DNA of 64,000 bases, from assembly GCF_018350175.1 (NCBI RefSeq), contig NC_058368.1:226240001-226304000 (forward strand). Reading direction: 5' to 3'. The first letter of the stretch is position 1. Each line of letters opens with the position of its first letter. Below are positions 26,154-39,884 of this stretch, one piece after another. The position numbers were made by a program, and so were the translations under genes. The stretch comes from Felis catus. Its lineage: Eukaryota. Below the pieces are notes generated by a model, which was given only the letters and a program-made list of their open reading frames with translations, did no database searches and had not been told where the DNA came from.

Positions 26154-27877
26154 GATAACCAAAGAGATTTTCAGGTTTGAACTCTTTTTGTAAAGAACTC
26201 AAAGGGCTTTAATAATGGAAATTCACGCAGAATTCAGACTTTGTGTATTACTCTCCCGTTTACAGATGAGTAAATAGAACCTGGAGACAAACTGTATCTC
26301 CTATTTCTAACATGAAAAGGGTCTCAGGAGAAAAATACCTCTAAGTCAATGCAGAGGAAACATATCCTTCAGGGAAGAAGGGTGGTATGTGTGTTGGGGA
26401 CGGGAGGCTTTTTTTGGATTACAGTCTCATCAGAGACGAAGACTGGTTTTATCACCTGGAGGGCAGAATTAAGCTATACTCATGCATTGTTCTTCAGTGA
26501 TGTGGTAGAAAGGGAGTCAGGATATTGGCCTTTTTTGCTAACTAATTGTGTGATCTTCAGAGTATCATTTAATGTCTTTGGAGCTCAGTTTCCTCCTCCA
26601 TAAGAAGAAAGGGTAAGACTTTCATATCTCTAAGTCTGCCACTCCCCAATCTTGTGCCCACAGCGGACATCAGGATCAACCTTGGCATTATTTTCTGTTG
26701 AGTCCACAGTTGGCTTTGGCACAGTTTCAACATCATGCTCTGGGTGAAGCCACAATCAATTGATAAGAGTTAACAATGGAAATAAAATCTATTTGCCACC
26801 CCTGGACTGGAAGATTTCAAAGGTGCCATCGAAAATCCTAGACTTCTCCTTCTTACTCGGCCTGCCTACATTTAATAACAATGATGTAAAACAAATGAAC
26901 ATTTGGAAAGCGTCCATAATACCCTTTGTTCTATGGAAGCCCCAGGGAACATGGCCCCAGACTAATGAAGTACTTAAAACATCATGTGCCTGGCCCACAG
27001 CAGTCAAGTGCTAACTGATGGCTATTGGGGTCTGACCTCAGGGTACAGAGATATCATCTGGTTTCTCCTAAATAATATAAGTGCACTACATGATTTTAAA
27101 ATTATGCTGCAAGCAAAGGAAAAAGAACACTTAGCAAAAAAAAGATCCAGATATTGGCAGCAATACACTATTAGATCCTTGTTGAATTTGTGTTGTTGTT
27201 GAGATAACACTGAGATATTGAGATGCCACAGAATTCTAAGCCCGACTTCCCTCAGCCTCCTGGACTTGACTGCAGAAAGACATATATCAGCAGGCTGGGT
27301 CTGTAGTAAGGAATTACATATTCGCATGCATCACCCAACTGACTGGCTGAGAACATACCGTTTAATGATTGCACCAATTAGGTCCCTATGAGTAGACTCT
27401 GATACATATTGTCCTGGCTTATTTTGTTTTGCACTCTGGATTCTGAGATACTTTGGCCTGGAGAAATCAAGACGTTCATAAAAGAAGCCAAGCATTTTGA
27501 AAATGCACTCTTGATTTATACATGCAAATCGTCAAGCGTCTCGGGGAGAATAAGGGCTCCTTGTGTTTTGTGTTACTTCGGTATGACTTGAAGCCCAGTC
27601 TTCTTCCAAATGAATGTATAAAGTGATATCGATGAGAGGCTCTGCTTCTCCTTTGTCTGCGAGTACCTGCAATTCTTTCCAGAATTTCCTTGCCGACTGG
27701 AGAAGACAATCCAATGATACTGCTCTGGTGCCGGAGAGAGAGAGCTCCTTGAGGTCGTCCAGGGAGGTCAACCCAAGGGGACGTGGTGACCACATCTCCT
27801 TGTAGTGTTCCGTGTACACATTCATTTTCCTCGCTCTGCCCTTACCCTCTCTGTAGAGCAAACATCTACTGAGCAGT

Positions 27878-28250
27878 TGTATTCGTCTGCTCAGGCTGCC
27901 GTAACCAAATACTGCAGACTGGGCAGCTTATTCGCCAGAAATGAATTTTCTTTAAGTTCTAGAGGCTAAGAGTTTAAGACCAAGGTGCCAAACAGGATTG
28001 TTTCCTCTGACGGTCATGAGAGAGGGATCTGTTCCAAGTCCCCTCCTTGGCTGACAGATGGCTGTCTCTCGGTGCACATGCACCCCTCGTGTCTCTGTGT
28101 CCTAATCTCTTCTTATAAGGACACCAGTCATATTAAATCATTACTAATGTAAATAATGGCCTCATTTTAACGTAATTACCTCTTTAAAAGTCCCTATTCC
28201 CAAATACAGCCACGTTCTGGAGTACTGGGGCTTTAGCGCAGGTGAGCCCA
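27878..28250 (-). mobile_element. MLT1A/B-like MaLR solo LTR
   Basis: tgtattcgtctgctcaggctgccgtaaccaaatac ... ctcttcttataaggacaccagtcatatt. Confidence 0.82.
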
Positions 28251-28254
28251 TAAT

Positions 28255-28400
28255 AGCACTCATGATTTAGGCTCTCCTAAATTCTTTATGCATGCTGCCT
28301 CATCCAGTTCTCACATAGGAAACCTACGAATTAGGTACTGTTTTTGCCCCATTTTACAGGTAAGGAAATGGAGGTTCAGGGAAGGGAAGAACTTATCCCA
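28255..28400 (-). mobile_element. MIR
   Basis: cccattttacaggtaaggaaatggaggttcagg core. Confidence 0.75.
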
Positions 28401-29337
28401 GATCCCAAATATACACACAGGCAGTTATTTCATTTGAGAACGTTTCATTTCTTCATGCTTTGAACGGTGCCATAAATCAGCTTTATTATATTTGCTAATC
28501 TTGTACTTGCATGGAAACTAACAATGATCTTGTTTTCACCTATGCCTAGATCAGATTCCTTATTGTATACAGTGCCTTGCATCTATGATATGCTCAGCAG
28601 TTCATAATTTGACTTCAAAGGGTTTGAAGGCAGAAATAGAATAGAACAGACTAGAATAGAACAGGAACTTCTAGACGAGGCCAGAGTGACAAGATTAACT
28701 ACACGGCAGTTTCGTCTGTGATGAGAGGGGCCGCATGAACAGCAGGACATAGAAACTGCGATCAATATATACTTGCGAAAGTTTGGCAAATATAAGGAGC
28801 TGTTTCCTTTTCCTTTTTGCTCTAGAATGTATTGATCGGTAGTACCAATGACTCCCCCAAAGCTTGAAGAAACAGACATGATTTTATAACTTTTTTCTAG
28901 TATTTTTATGTAACTGGCAGAGAGATGGAGAACAGGCTGGAAAGTTACTACTGCCCTAAAGTCACAGAGTGGATGTGAGGTGGAATTTGGGCTGACGCCC
29001 AGCACAGCAAAATACGTAGAGACATATTCAGTATTTATCACCATGAGGGATTTAAGCTGTGCTATCTCAATTTGTTGTGCAGCCACCTTCCTCCACCTGA
29101 GAGACCTGTCAGAGCAGACAATGTTTCTTGCCTCTTGTACATACATCGTGTATGTGGAAAGGCTCATGATAAACTTAGATAGAGGATATTTATATAATCG
29201 ACGCGTAATTGTCATTTTGTTAGTTTAAACTTGAAGCCTCCAACGACTATTCACTATTTACACTCAATTCCACGGCAACATTTTTTGCACTCTTCATTAG
29301 AGGAAAACCCCAAGTCCATTTTAAAGACAGAACTTGC

Positions 29338-29535
29338 AGGCTGCCTGGGTGACTCAGTCGGTTAAGTGTCCAAGTCCGGCTCAGGTCATGATCTCACAGT
29401 TTGTGGGTTCAAGCCCTGCATCAGGCTCTGTGCTGACAGCTCAGAGCTTGGAGCCTGCTTCGGATTCTGTATCTCCCTCTATCTCTGCCCTCCCCTGCTC
29501 TCTCCCTCTCTCTCAAAAATGAATAAACATTAAAA
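29338..29535 (+). mobile_element. CAN-SINE
   Basis: gcctgggtgactcagtcggttaag head; aaagacagaa on both flanks. Confidence 0.93.
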
Positions 29536-30417
29536 ATACGTACTCAAAGACAGAATTGGCTTAGCTATAACTGAAGGCTTCCCTTTGTTCCAAATCCACA
29601 GTCTAGGGCAGGGATCTCATCGTATTATCCCCTGGATGTTCTTTGGTCTGATCTTGTCTCCCTCTTAGTTCCCCCCAAGGTGCAGTGGGGAATACCACCA
29701 TCGTGTTTCATTCAGATTTTTTATTCTCCAAGTTCTTACTCATTAGAATGGCAACTCTTTCAAAGCTGAAGACTTAGAAAGTGTGGTGGCTCATAGACGT
29801 CGTGCTTACTGCAAGGGATCAGAAAATGAAAACCAAGTGGAATTTTTAACCTCAGTCTCTGCTTTCCAGATCTTCTGCTTGGAGGCATTCAAACCGACTG
29901 GGGATCAAACAGCCCAATATAAAGAACCAGATGAGTGGAGGGGCCTTGGCATTACACAGGGGTGTTCTGTGGCTGGGAGACTTGGCATAACCTTGACATT
30001 ACCCAAAATTTGATAGATGTAAGCCAGGCTCTTAACTTTATTTTAATGTGGTTTCTGAGCCTGAGATCGATACTTACATATTGTATACAGCTGTGGCTGC
30101 TTGCAGAAGCAAACCTCTGTGATCATGATTTTGTTTTGTTTTAGAAAGAAATACTATACGAGTACTCCTCAATAAACCTCTAAACTTTTTCTGTCTATGA
30201 AATCAGCAGTTTTATCCAGTCTTTGTTTTCTGATTTACTGCTCTAATTGGGCTTTAATAGGAAGTGGATGTCTTCTTCAGATGTTATTTCCCCTAAAGCC
30301 ATCATTTGTCTGATTCCACTGTGAAGAGATAGCTCTATCTGTGCCTACCTTATGCTCTCAAATCTATTTGTGGGCCAAAGACCTAAGTCGATTTGTCTTA
30401 AGAACACAGGGAATTAT

Positions 30418-30648
30418 GGGGCGCCTCTGTGGCTCCGTTGGTTAAGTGACCGACTCTTGATTTCAGCTCAGGTCATGATCTCACGGTTCATGGGTTTGAG
30501 CCCCATGTTGGGCTCTGCACTATAAACTTGACACTGTCTCTCTCTCCCTCTCTCTGCCCCTTCCCAACTTGTGTGCTCTCTCTCTCTCTCTCTCTCGCTC
30601 TGTCTCTCTCAGAATAGATAACATAAACTTCTAAAAAATTTTTTAAAA
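30418..30648 (+). mobile_element. CAN-SINE
   Basis: TSD aagaacacagggaattat / aagatcacagggaactat. Confidence 0.93.
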
Positions 30649-31739
30649 AGATCACAGGGAACTATCCCCCCAATACCCTTTTATGGCTATGGATGCCCAG
30701 AGTTGAATGACAATATTTCTCAGGGTAGTGGGTAAAAAGTGTGGTTTGACTTTACATCTATGTTACTTTAAGAAGTCTCACTGACAGGCAGCCACGGCTT
30801 TCCTCTAAATGTGGAACCGATCACTGTTAAGTTATAGCTACGTCTCTGTTGTATTTCAAAAATCCAAGAGAAGCCAGCAAACAAACAGAACTATTATATT
30901 AAAAACTGTAGGTTAGGAAGATAATGCTTTGCGGTATTACTGTATTTCCCCTTTGGATAACGCAGCCTTTCCTCAAAGCCAGGAGCCTACAGCTTATTGC
31001 TCAGGAGAGGAGGATGACCATCACTTAAAATAGTAATGATGGTAACAAATAGTGGCAAATGCTTAGTAAAAGTATATTATTTGCCTGGTATCGCTCGATG
31101 CAGTTTGCATTAGCTCCTTGAGTCTAGTCGTATCCCTTATGCTCAGCAGGCAAACATACACCTCTAGGCTCACATGTGAACCATCTTAGGCTACTGAAAG
31201 AGGAAACAGGATGGGAACTCGGGGTCAACACCTTATTTAGCAATAAAATAATATATCTCTCTGGCATTTTCTTTATGCATGTAAAGAAATTCTAGGACTT
31301 TGCATATAGATCCCTCAGGGCATAGAGATCCCACCAGGAATCTATTTGGAAATGGGAACATGGTCATGTTTTTCATCAGGCACTCGGATCATTTCATGGT
31401 ACATGGATACAGTCAGCTATACCCTCTTCTTCTCCATCTTCAGGGTCATCTCCAGGACACTGATCAGATAGAATAAGCACTGAATTTGGCCAGAAGTTCA
31501 TATTCTCAAACAGTCTCCTTAATGACCAGCTGGCTCTGTGTTCATGTAGAATACAGGCACGGGTCAGTCAAGAGAGCTTGAGCAACGGTAGAAAATTCTG
31601 TCAATTCTTATTCTATGAAATGGCCATTTTCTTCACAGAGGACTTTAATGTCTTTCAATTATGCTATTCCAAAATTGGTTCATTCAGCCTGACCAAAGAT
31701 AGCTAATATGGGAAAGACGTATCATTTCTTAATATGTAT

Positions 31740-31840
31740 ATCAATGAAGTCATCATGTTGTGCATTTAAGTATCATACAATTTTATTTGTCAATGATACC
31801 TCAATAAAGCTGAAAAAAATGAAATGAAATGAAAATAAAA
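31740..31840 (+). mobile_element. Very short L1 3' terminus
   Basis: ttttatttgtcaatgatacctcaataaagctg followed by an A-rich tail. Confidence 0.7.
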
Positions 31841-32390
31841 TAATGTAAATCCAATATGATTATTGAAAGACTCCATTTGGCTACTCATCAGCCTTACTAA
31901 AAAAATTGCTTAGTCACTCAAATATCACAGGCACCTACCTCATTCCCTACATCCTCCCTAGAGTTGGATATAAATGGAAGGAAATGCTTTATGTACGTGT
32001 CTTACCATAGGAAAAGCAATGGGTCATATCCTCCAGCTTAACCCCAGGATTATGCCTTTAGTCTGTGCTTTGGCTGCTTTCCAGTGGGCAAAGTATGTGA
32101 CTGGCTTGACTCCAAGTCTTGTTTTCCTCTTCATTTTTGTTTGGCCTATGTCTTGAGGTATTCTTTTATTATAGGTAGAAGATATAAAATGTACAAAAAA
32201 TAATTTCAGAGAATATGCATAGCTCAATAATTATTTATGAATATGGATAATTAATATTATTGAAAATCATATTCTGTATGTCCTCCTTCCCCCAAAAAGA
32301 AAAGATACATTTATGAAAATTTGGAAAGAGACTTCTGAGAACATCTATAGCTCTCAGAGGCTGGGATATACTACGGAAGTGTATTTCTTT

Positions 32391-32603
32391 AAGTTTTTAA
32401 TGTTTTTTATTCATTTTTGAGTGACGGAGAGAGACAGAGCGCAAGTGGGGGAGGGGCAGAGAGAGGGAGACGCAGAATCCAAAGAAGGCTCCAGGCTCTC
32501 AGCTGTCAGCACAGAGCTTGATGCAGGGCTTGAACCCACGAACTGGGAGATCATGACCTGAGCTGAAGTCAGACGCTTAACCGACTGAGCCACCCAGGTG
32601 CCC
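32391..32603 (-). mobile_element. CAN-SINE
   Basis: TSD gaagtgtatttcttt / gaaatgtatttcttt. Confidence 0.94.
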
Positions 32604-33104
32604 AAGAAATGTATTTCTTTATTCAACAAATGAACATTCTCTCAAGGGATTGCATGGTTCCAAAGCATCTCATTAATCCCACAAAGTTTTTCCACATATC
32701 CCTACACCTTGGGAATTTTTCCCAAAGCCCTTGCAAATATCACTCCAGAGAATGGAGGAAGCAGCTCCTGAATGAGGTTGGCCCCTGTGCTCCAGAGGTG
32801 AGGGTGAGGGTGGGGTGTAGAGATATGGGGTAGAGTGACTACTAAGGATGTCTCCAAGGACCTCTGTCTTCTCTTGTCTGCTCTGGGTTAGAAGTAAGCC
32901 TGGGAACTGAACTTTTGTCCCATCCTAGAGAGACATGGGGAGAGAATGGCTATGCTGAGACCAGTAGGTAGGAACTAGAGGCTGGGTCATCTTGATCTCC
33001 CTGATTCTGGAAGTAGGAAGGGTCAGGGCACCTGCATTTCCCCTTGAGGTCTAGCTGCTACCAGAAGCATCAGAATCCAAATTCCCAGGTTTAGAGATTT
33101 CACA

Positions 33105-35280
33105 ATTCTAAAGTAATACTGAGAAAGAACAGAGCTAGAGGCATCACATTTACTGACCTCAAGCTATATTAGAAAGCTATAGTCATCAAAACAGTATGGC
33201 ATTGGCATAAAAACAGACATATAGACCAATGGGGCAGAATCAAGAGCCCAAAAATAAACCCGTGCGTATACAGTCAACTAATATTTGAGGAGGGGGCAAA
33301 AATACTAAAAAAGTAATGGGGAAAGGAGGTTCTCTTTAATTGATGTATTGGGAAAATGATATTCACGTGCAAAAGAATAATACTGGCCCCTTACAATTTT
33401 CACATGCAAAGAAGAATTTTATCGGACCCAATAAAATTGGATCTTACACCACTCCCAAAAATTAACTCAAGTGGATTAAAGGATTAAATGTAAGACCCGA
33501 AACCGGAAAACTTCTAGAAGAAAACATAGGGGAAAATCTCCTTGACATCAGCCTTGGCAATAATGCCAAAAGCACTAGCAATAAATGCAAAAAATAAACA
33601 AGTCAGACTATATCAAGCTAAAAAGCTCCCACCATTGTGTTCATTTCAACAAAATTAAAAGGCAGCCTGTGTAATGGGAGAAAATATTTGCAAACTACAT
33701 CTGATGATGAGTTGATATCCAAAATATGTAAGGAACTCACACAATTCAATAGCAACAAAACACAACAAAAACAAACAAAACCCCCAAACAATATGATTAA
33801 AATACCGGAAAAGCACCCAAATGGACATTTTCCCAAATGGCCAACAAAAAGGGAATCAACATCACTAATCATCAGGGAAATGCAAGTCAAACCCGCAATG
33901 AGGCATCACCTCACACCTGTTAGAGTGGTTACTGTCAAAACGACCAGAGATAGTAAGCACCGAGGAGGATGTGGAGAAAAGAGAACCCTTGTAACAACGT
34001 TGTTGGAAACGTAAACTGGCGCGGCCACTGTGGAAAACAGTATGGAGACTTCTCGAAAAAATTGAACAGAGAAGTACGATAAGCCCCAGTAATCCCACTT
34101 CTGGGTAAATATCCCAAAGAAGTGAAATCACTATCTTGAAGAGATATCCATACGTCCACATCCATTGTCGCGTTATTCCTAACAGCCAAGACAGGGAGAT
34201 AAGCTAAGTCTCCATTGATGATGGATGAATGAAAACAGGAAATGCGGTGTGTAGGTACACGACAGGATATTATTTAGTCATCAGAGAAGTAAACTTGGAC
34301 GTTTGTGACAACATGGACAAACTGTGACAGCATGATGTTAAGTAAAATAAATAAGAGGGAGAAAGACAAATAATGTATGATCTCACTTACATGTGGAATC
34401 TGAAAAAGGCCCAGCAGGACTTTTAAAAAAAAGTTAGCTAATTAATTAATTAATTAATTAATTGAAGATGTCTCTCAGGGGCTCAGGCTCCCCACCCACC
34501 CCTGCATCTCCCACCCTGTACATACAGCCCTGTACCCGCTTTGCCCTTGTGTGTCATAGCCCTGTGAACTCACCACTCACCCTCAAGACCCCACCTTTTA
34601 AAAAATTCTCCCAACGACAGTTTAAAAAACTTCCCGCATCAACAGTTAAAGCTACAGCTTTAAAGAGGGGGCCTACTGCCATCCCAGGGCAGGCTGGTTG
34701 GGTGATGGGAGGGAGACAGGTCTGCCAGTCTTTTGGCTGTGACACAGCCAGTCAAGGCCACTGTGGGTCTCTGCATGGGCCGTGGGGAGGATCAGAGCCT
34801 GGCAATGGCCTGCCTGGCTCCTCAACCCCGAAGGTTCAACTCTTTTTTGGAGGGGAGGGCTGCCATGGGTACTGTTCTGATGTCATGAGTGTCAAACATA
34901 CCCCCAGGTCCCCAGGGAATAGAATGCTGGTTGCCATGAGGTGGGGGGGGGGGGCGGGCGAGAAAAATGATGAGATGTTGGTCAAGGGGACAAATTTCCA
35001 GTTAAAATATGAGTAAGCCCTAGGGATCTAACGTACAACATAATGACTAGAGTTAACAATACTGTATTGTATATGTAAAAGTTGCTGATAGAACAGATCC
35101 TAAGTGTTCTCACCACCACTGCTACAACAAAAATAGGTGAATATGTGAGGTGAAGGATGTGTTAACTCACCTAATTGTGGTAATCATTTCACAACGTATA
35201 CATGTATCAACCCATCACATTGTGCACCTTAAACTTACCCAATGTCAAATGTTAATTATATCTTCAGAAAGCTGGGGGAA
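33105..35280 (+). mobile_element. 5'-truncated L1 (L1MA/L1MB-like): ORF2 C-terminus plus 3'UTR, interrupted at ~34409-34915
   Basis: ORF 33637-34014 reads LISKICKELTQ...STSLIIREMQVKPAMRHHLTPVR...GCGEKRTL, the L1 ORF2p C-terminal region; typical 3'UTR motifs follow. Confidence 0.92.
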
Positions 35281-35540
35281 GAAAGGAAACTTCACAGCTG
35301 AGCACATTTACGTGGGCTCCCTCCCATTCTGTAGGTCCTGACACTCCCCGTCCGATGCTTGGTTCCGTTTCACTGGTTCCTCCTGCATTGGCAAAGAATA
35401 AGGGGCTCAGCTAAGAGACCTGTCCTGAAAATGTATGTGTTAATACTTCAGGAATAAAAATGTGTTTTGTTTTAACAACTTTGAATGAAAACTTTCTAAA
35501 ACATACCATTACTTTACCTGATTAAAAAACCAAACCTACA

Positions 35541-35764
35541 GGACGCCTGGGTGGCTTAGTCGGTTAAGCGTCCGACTTCAGCTCAGGTCACGATCTCGCG
35601 GTCCGTGAGTTCGAGCCCCACGTCAGGCTCTGGGCTGATGGCTCAGAGCCTGGAGCCTGCTTCCGATTCTGTGTCTCCCTCTCTCTCTGCCCCTCCCCAG
35701 TTCATGCTCTGTCTCTCTCTGTCCCAAAAATAAATAAACGTTAACAAAAAATTAAAAAAAAAAA
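35541..35764 (+). mobile_element. SINEC_Fc (fairly young)
   Basis: Near-consensus body; TSD aaacctaca. Confidence 0.95.
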
Positions 35765-35884
35765 ACCTACAGAGAAAAGCGATCTCATTTTGATTACTCA
35801 GGATTATAATTATGAATGGTAGACATATACGGTATGCATCACACAGGGTTGTAGGGGCATTTAAATTGAAGAAGGAAAAAGAGC

Positions 35885-36050
35885 ACACTGGCCAGAATCA
35901 GAAGGTCCTGGGTTCCAATCCCGATTCTCCCACTCGTGCAGTTTTCATCTAAAAGATGCAGTCAATAATTCCTTGTGCTGTATAAAGATAACATGTGTAA
36001 AGTGTGTATTATGGTATCTTGCACATAGTAGGCACTCAATAAATCTTGGT
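35885..36050 (+). mobile_element. MIR
   Basis: gtcctgggttccaatcccgattctcccact ... gcacatagtaggcactcaataaat. Confidence 0.75.
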
Positions 36051-36469
36051 TTCTCTTCTACTTTCTTCGATTCTCCTCGACTTGTCTTCCCTGTAATTTT
36101 CTCAAAACTTAGAGTTGCACAGAACTGTTCCTTAAGTTTTTATGACAACAGTGACGAGCAACTGATGTCCAATATTCCAGGTTAGGGGATCCATGTAGAG
36201 TGAAGAGTGAAGTCTTTTCCTGCCCTCCCCCCGATGAAAATACAAACAAAGCACTGACCAAGACTCTTGCAAAAGGGGCTTAGACCCCACTGGTATAATC
36301 TAAAAGTTGGCTGAGCTTCCATTTCCAATTTATACATGGAGGAGTTCAGTTCTTTATTCATTGCTCTTTTTCAAGGAAAAGGAAAATAATCTAGAGGAGG
36401 AAGTATTTTAATTTTTTAAGGCAAACTTTATTTACACATATATGAAAAAAATGAATGATTAAATCTAAC

Positions 36470-36685
36470 TTATATTAGGTCCCTATCACTGCCCAGGCTC
36501 TGTTTTAAGCCCTTTACAAGTATTAGCTCACTTAACTCCCACAACAGCCTTATGAAGCAGGTTTCATAGATGAAAAAACTGAGGAATCAAGAGATTAAAA
36601 CCAAACTCACAGACAACGAGTGGCAGGGCCAGAGTTTGACCAGGATGCTTAGATCTGGAGTCTGTGTTTTTAGTTTCTGTGCCAC
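36470..36685 (-). mobile_element. MIR
   Basis: cacaacagccttatgaag ... catagatgaaaaaactgagg. Confidence 0.75.
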
Positions 36686-38539
36686 ATGTCCTAACTTAGT
36701 AGATATGCATCAAAATATCATATATATCTCATTATCAAGTAAAATTTGAAACATTCTTTAGATTTAACTAGTAATAATGACTTTTCTAACATACAAACTC
36801 TGTATCTTAACATAGGAGTTGGGCTGTAGGAAAAAAAACACAAGGCAATTTTCAGGCAATAGCATATATTCAAGCATGACAGAGTGCCGTTCTCAAGGAA
36901 GAAAAACAATATTTCAAATTAAAAAGCTATAATTTGAGGCATCTGATTTGGGACCCAATATCTTTATACTGAAAGGGCTTACCCATTGATTTTTCTGCCA
37001 AAGGTGTCTAAATCCATCCAAAAGTCTTGGGTTTCCTATTTGCTTTATATACTCAGGCTTAGGCTCGTACAGACCTCTAGAAAGTTTAGTGCTTGTGTTC
37101 AACAAATTAAATAACCAAACACATTAACAAAGGCGATGCTTCCATCAAGTGACCATTTTGCCTAATCTTAGTGTAAAGATACACTATGGAGCTGACCATT
37201 TCCATAAACATATTTGAAAACCACACAATTTCTCCTCATTCCACACCTCTGGCTTTGAACTCTGTTCACTATCCCTTATTTCTGGCTGTCCGTTGAATGA
37301 AGAAGCTCTCAGGTCCCACCCAGGTCAAAGGGCCCATGGAGATAAGATAAGAGCAGCAGAGGCTTGTTAGCAATTCATTGGTCAATGATGACCTCATGCT
37401 CTAAATATTTGACTCTGGAGATTAGAGTAATTGAAAACAGTTTCCATTCTCTCCACACCCACAATAACGCTATCTCTTACTTCTCCACGTACAATTATCA
37501 CTGGATCAGTGTCTTCACAAATATAGGGTTTTATTCAGTCCTATTCATATGGGAAGGCAGTGTTCAGGGACTAACAGATTAGCCAAAGTATCTCCATCTT
37601 ATGTTGCCTAAATGCCCTTAATGTCTACGCATTGGATATTTCGGGAAAACAGGTGCATGAACATGAGCATGGGTACTGATGAGTCTATTAGTATAATGTT
37701 TCAACTTAGTTACAGAATGAAGAATGTCATGTTGATAGAACTCCTTATTACCGTTCAAAATAATATATCATTACAGAGCCATATTGGATTTCATAGAGAA
37801 TCTCAGACATGGAGGAAATATGAAAGACCTTCTAGTTCAAATCTTACGCTATTTTTCACGTTACAAAAGGAAAAGGAATTTTTAAAACTCCAAAGCGTAA
37901 GCTCACAATATCTTCTTTTACAAAGAACCAGTACTTTTTTGCTAGTGCTTTTACTCTCTCTCCATTTCATTAAGCTTTTAAAATCTTATCTGCATATATT
38001 ATTTTTTGCATGTCCTCATTCCCCCTGCTTTGACTGTTACTATACTTGGGTACGGTTCCTATTTTAAAGACATCGTGCTCCTTGTTAGACTTTCCTTTTT
38101 TTCTACCTTGCCTATATTCTCTTTCTCCTTTAAAAATGCTATATACTCTAATAGATCTGAATCACAAGAAAAAAGAACTATATAAACTCTGGCCATCCTC
38201 ATACCAGCGGCTCCATGGTAGAATGTCGACTACTTCCATGACCACTGGAGGCTATCATGAGATCATTAAGGTATCATTTCATCAGGGGGCTCAATAATGA
38301 CTGTATCAGCTTCAGACTCATCACTTTGCCAAAAGGCTTCGCTGTTACGGGACGGTGGTTTACAAAGGAAGGTAATAATAATGCCATAGTTGTTTAGAAC
38401 TTTGTCCCCAAAGCCCCACGTAAAATACTTTTAATCCTCTTGAGCCACATAAAGAACTTCTACGGGGCTCTTTATCTCTAAAGCCCAAACCCAAATCTGT
38501 GATTTCATCAGTGTGTAAGAAAAGGACTATCGAATGTGC

Positions 38540-38915
38540 CAGACCTGGTGTCAAGAGGCGTGGACCCTAAATGCAGTCACAAGTGTCCTTGTAAGAGGGT
38601 GGTGGAGGGAGATTTGACACGGAAGAAGGAAGCCACGTGGCCGCTGGAGCACCAAGCTACTGCTGGCTTTGAAGACGGAGGAAGGGGCCAAGGGCGCAGA
38701 AATGCAAGGGAAGCAGCTTCAGACGCTGGTCAAGGCAAGGACGCAGATTTTCCCCTACAGCTTCTAGAAGGAGTGTGGTCCTGCGGACACCTTGATTTCA
38801 GTCCAGGGGAAATGATTTCAGACTTCTGACCTCCAAAACTGCAAGAGAATAAATGTATATTGTCTTAAACATCAAGGTTGTGGTGATTTGTTACAGCAGC
38901 AATAGAAACCTGATA
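38540..38915 (+). mobile_element. MLT1C/D-like MaLR LTR
   Basis: gctggctttgaagacggaggaagggg, cagacttctgacctccaaaactgcaagagaataaat, ttgttacagcagcaatagaaac. Confidence 0.85.
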
Positions 38916-39654
38916 GTCGATGTGCCTGAGTTTTAAACAATGGAAGGTGAGTAGATCGGGCATGTTTTTAAGCGTGGTCCGTGAACACTGCCCATATGGT
39001 ACCCTCAAAACTCTTTAGGACTGGATGGCCCAAAGCATGGGGACTGCTCGGCAGGAAATAAGCCTTCTACTGTGTGTAAGCTGCTACTCCGTTGGGGGTT
39101 GATTTGTCACAGTGGTTGTTGTCACCCCAGCTAGTACAGCTGGGGTATGATTTCTTTTACCCTCAGTATCACTCTTTCCCGAGAGATTTAGTCTCTTCCT
39201 TCCTGAGCAAAACCCATCAGGGCCCTGGCTGGATGAAACGCTGGCAATGGTGGATCCTACCAGGCATGCGTACAAAATGGCGCTTTGTGTTCTCTTCACC
39301 TCTGCTGGCACTGCTCCCGAGAAAATACACACAGACACTGATGGTCCGAAGCAGCGGAGTGTGGCATCTGGTAAATTGTCAGTTGGGTGTTTAGCATCTG
39401 GAATTTCATATTCCTCTTAGAGGGAAATGGCAAAAAAGGGTAAGACCGTCTACATTCATCTATTTTTCATCTATCTATCTAATCTACTTCCCTCATATTT
39501 ATAGTTACTATATAGATACTCGCTCATTCAATCTTCAGACCGAATAGACAGATGGACAGACAGATGATACATACATACATACAAACATGTATAGGTATAT
39601 ATGTGTGTGTATTGTGTGTGTGTGTGTGTATGTGTGTTCTCAGAATAGTATCTA

Positions 39655-39884
39655 GGGGTGCCTGGGTGGCTCAGTCGGTTAAACATGCAACTCTTGGTTT
39701 TAGCTCAGGTCTATGATCTCACGGTTTGTGAGTTCAAGCCCTGCACTGGGCTTTGTGTTGACAGTGCAGAGCCTGCCTGGGATTCTCTCTCCCTCTCTCT
39801 GCCCCTCTCCTGCTTGCGTGCTTTCTCTCATAAAATAAATAAATAAACTTAAAAAAAGGCTTTTTAAAAATGAAAAAAAAAAAG
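39655..39884 (+). mobile_element. CAN-SINE
   Basis: TSD agaatagtatctag / agaacagcgtctag. Confidence 0.93.

Noticed and set aside
28583..29215. 210 aa minus-strand ORF, the longest in the track
   Set aside because: No recognisable domain, composition looks random, and there is no clear splice context; probably chance.
34462..35016. 184 aa ORF
   Set aside because: Runs across the insert/L1 junction from a non-ATG start in GC-rich sequence; no protein resemblance.
37612..38067. 151 aa ORF
   Set aside because: AT-rich, low-information translation with no family resemblance.
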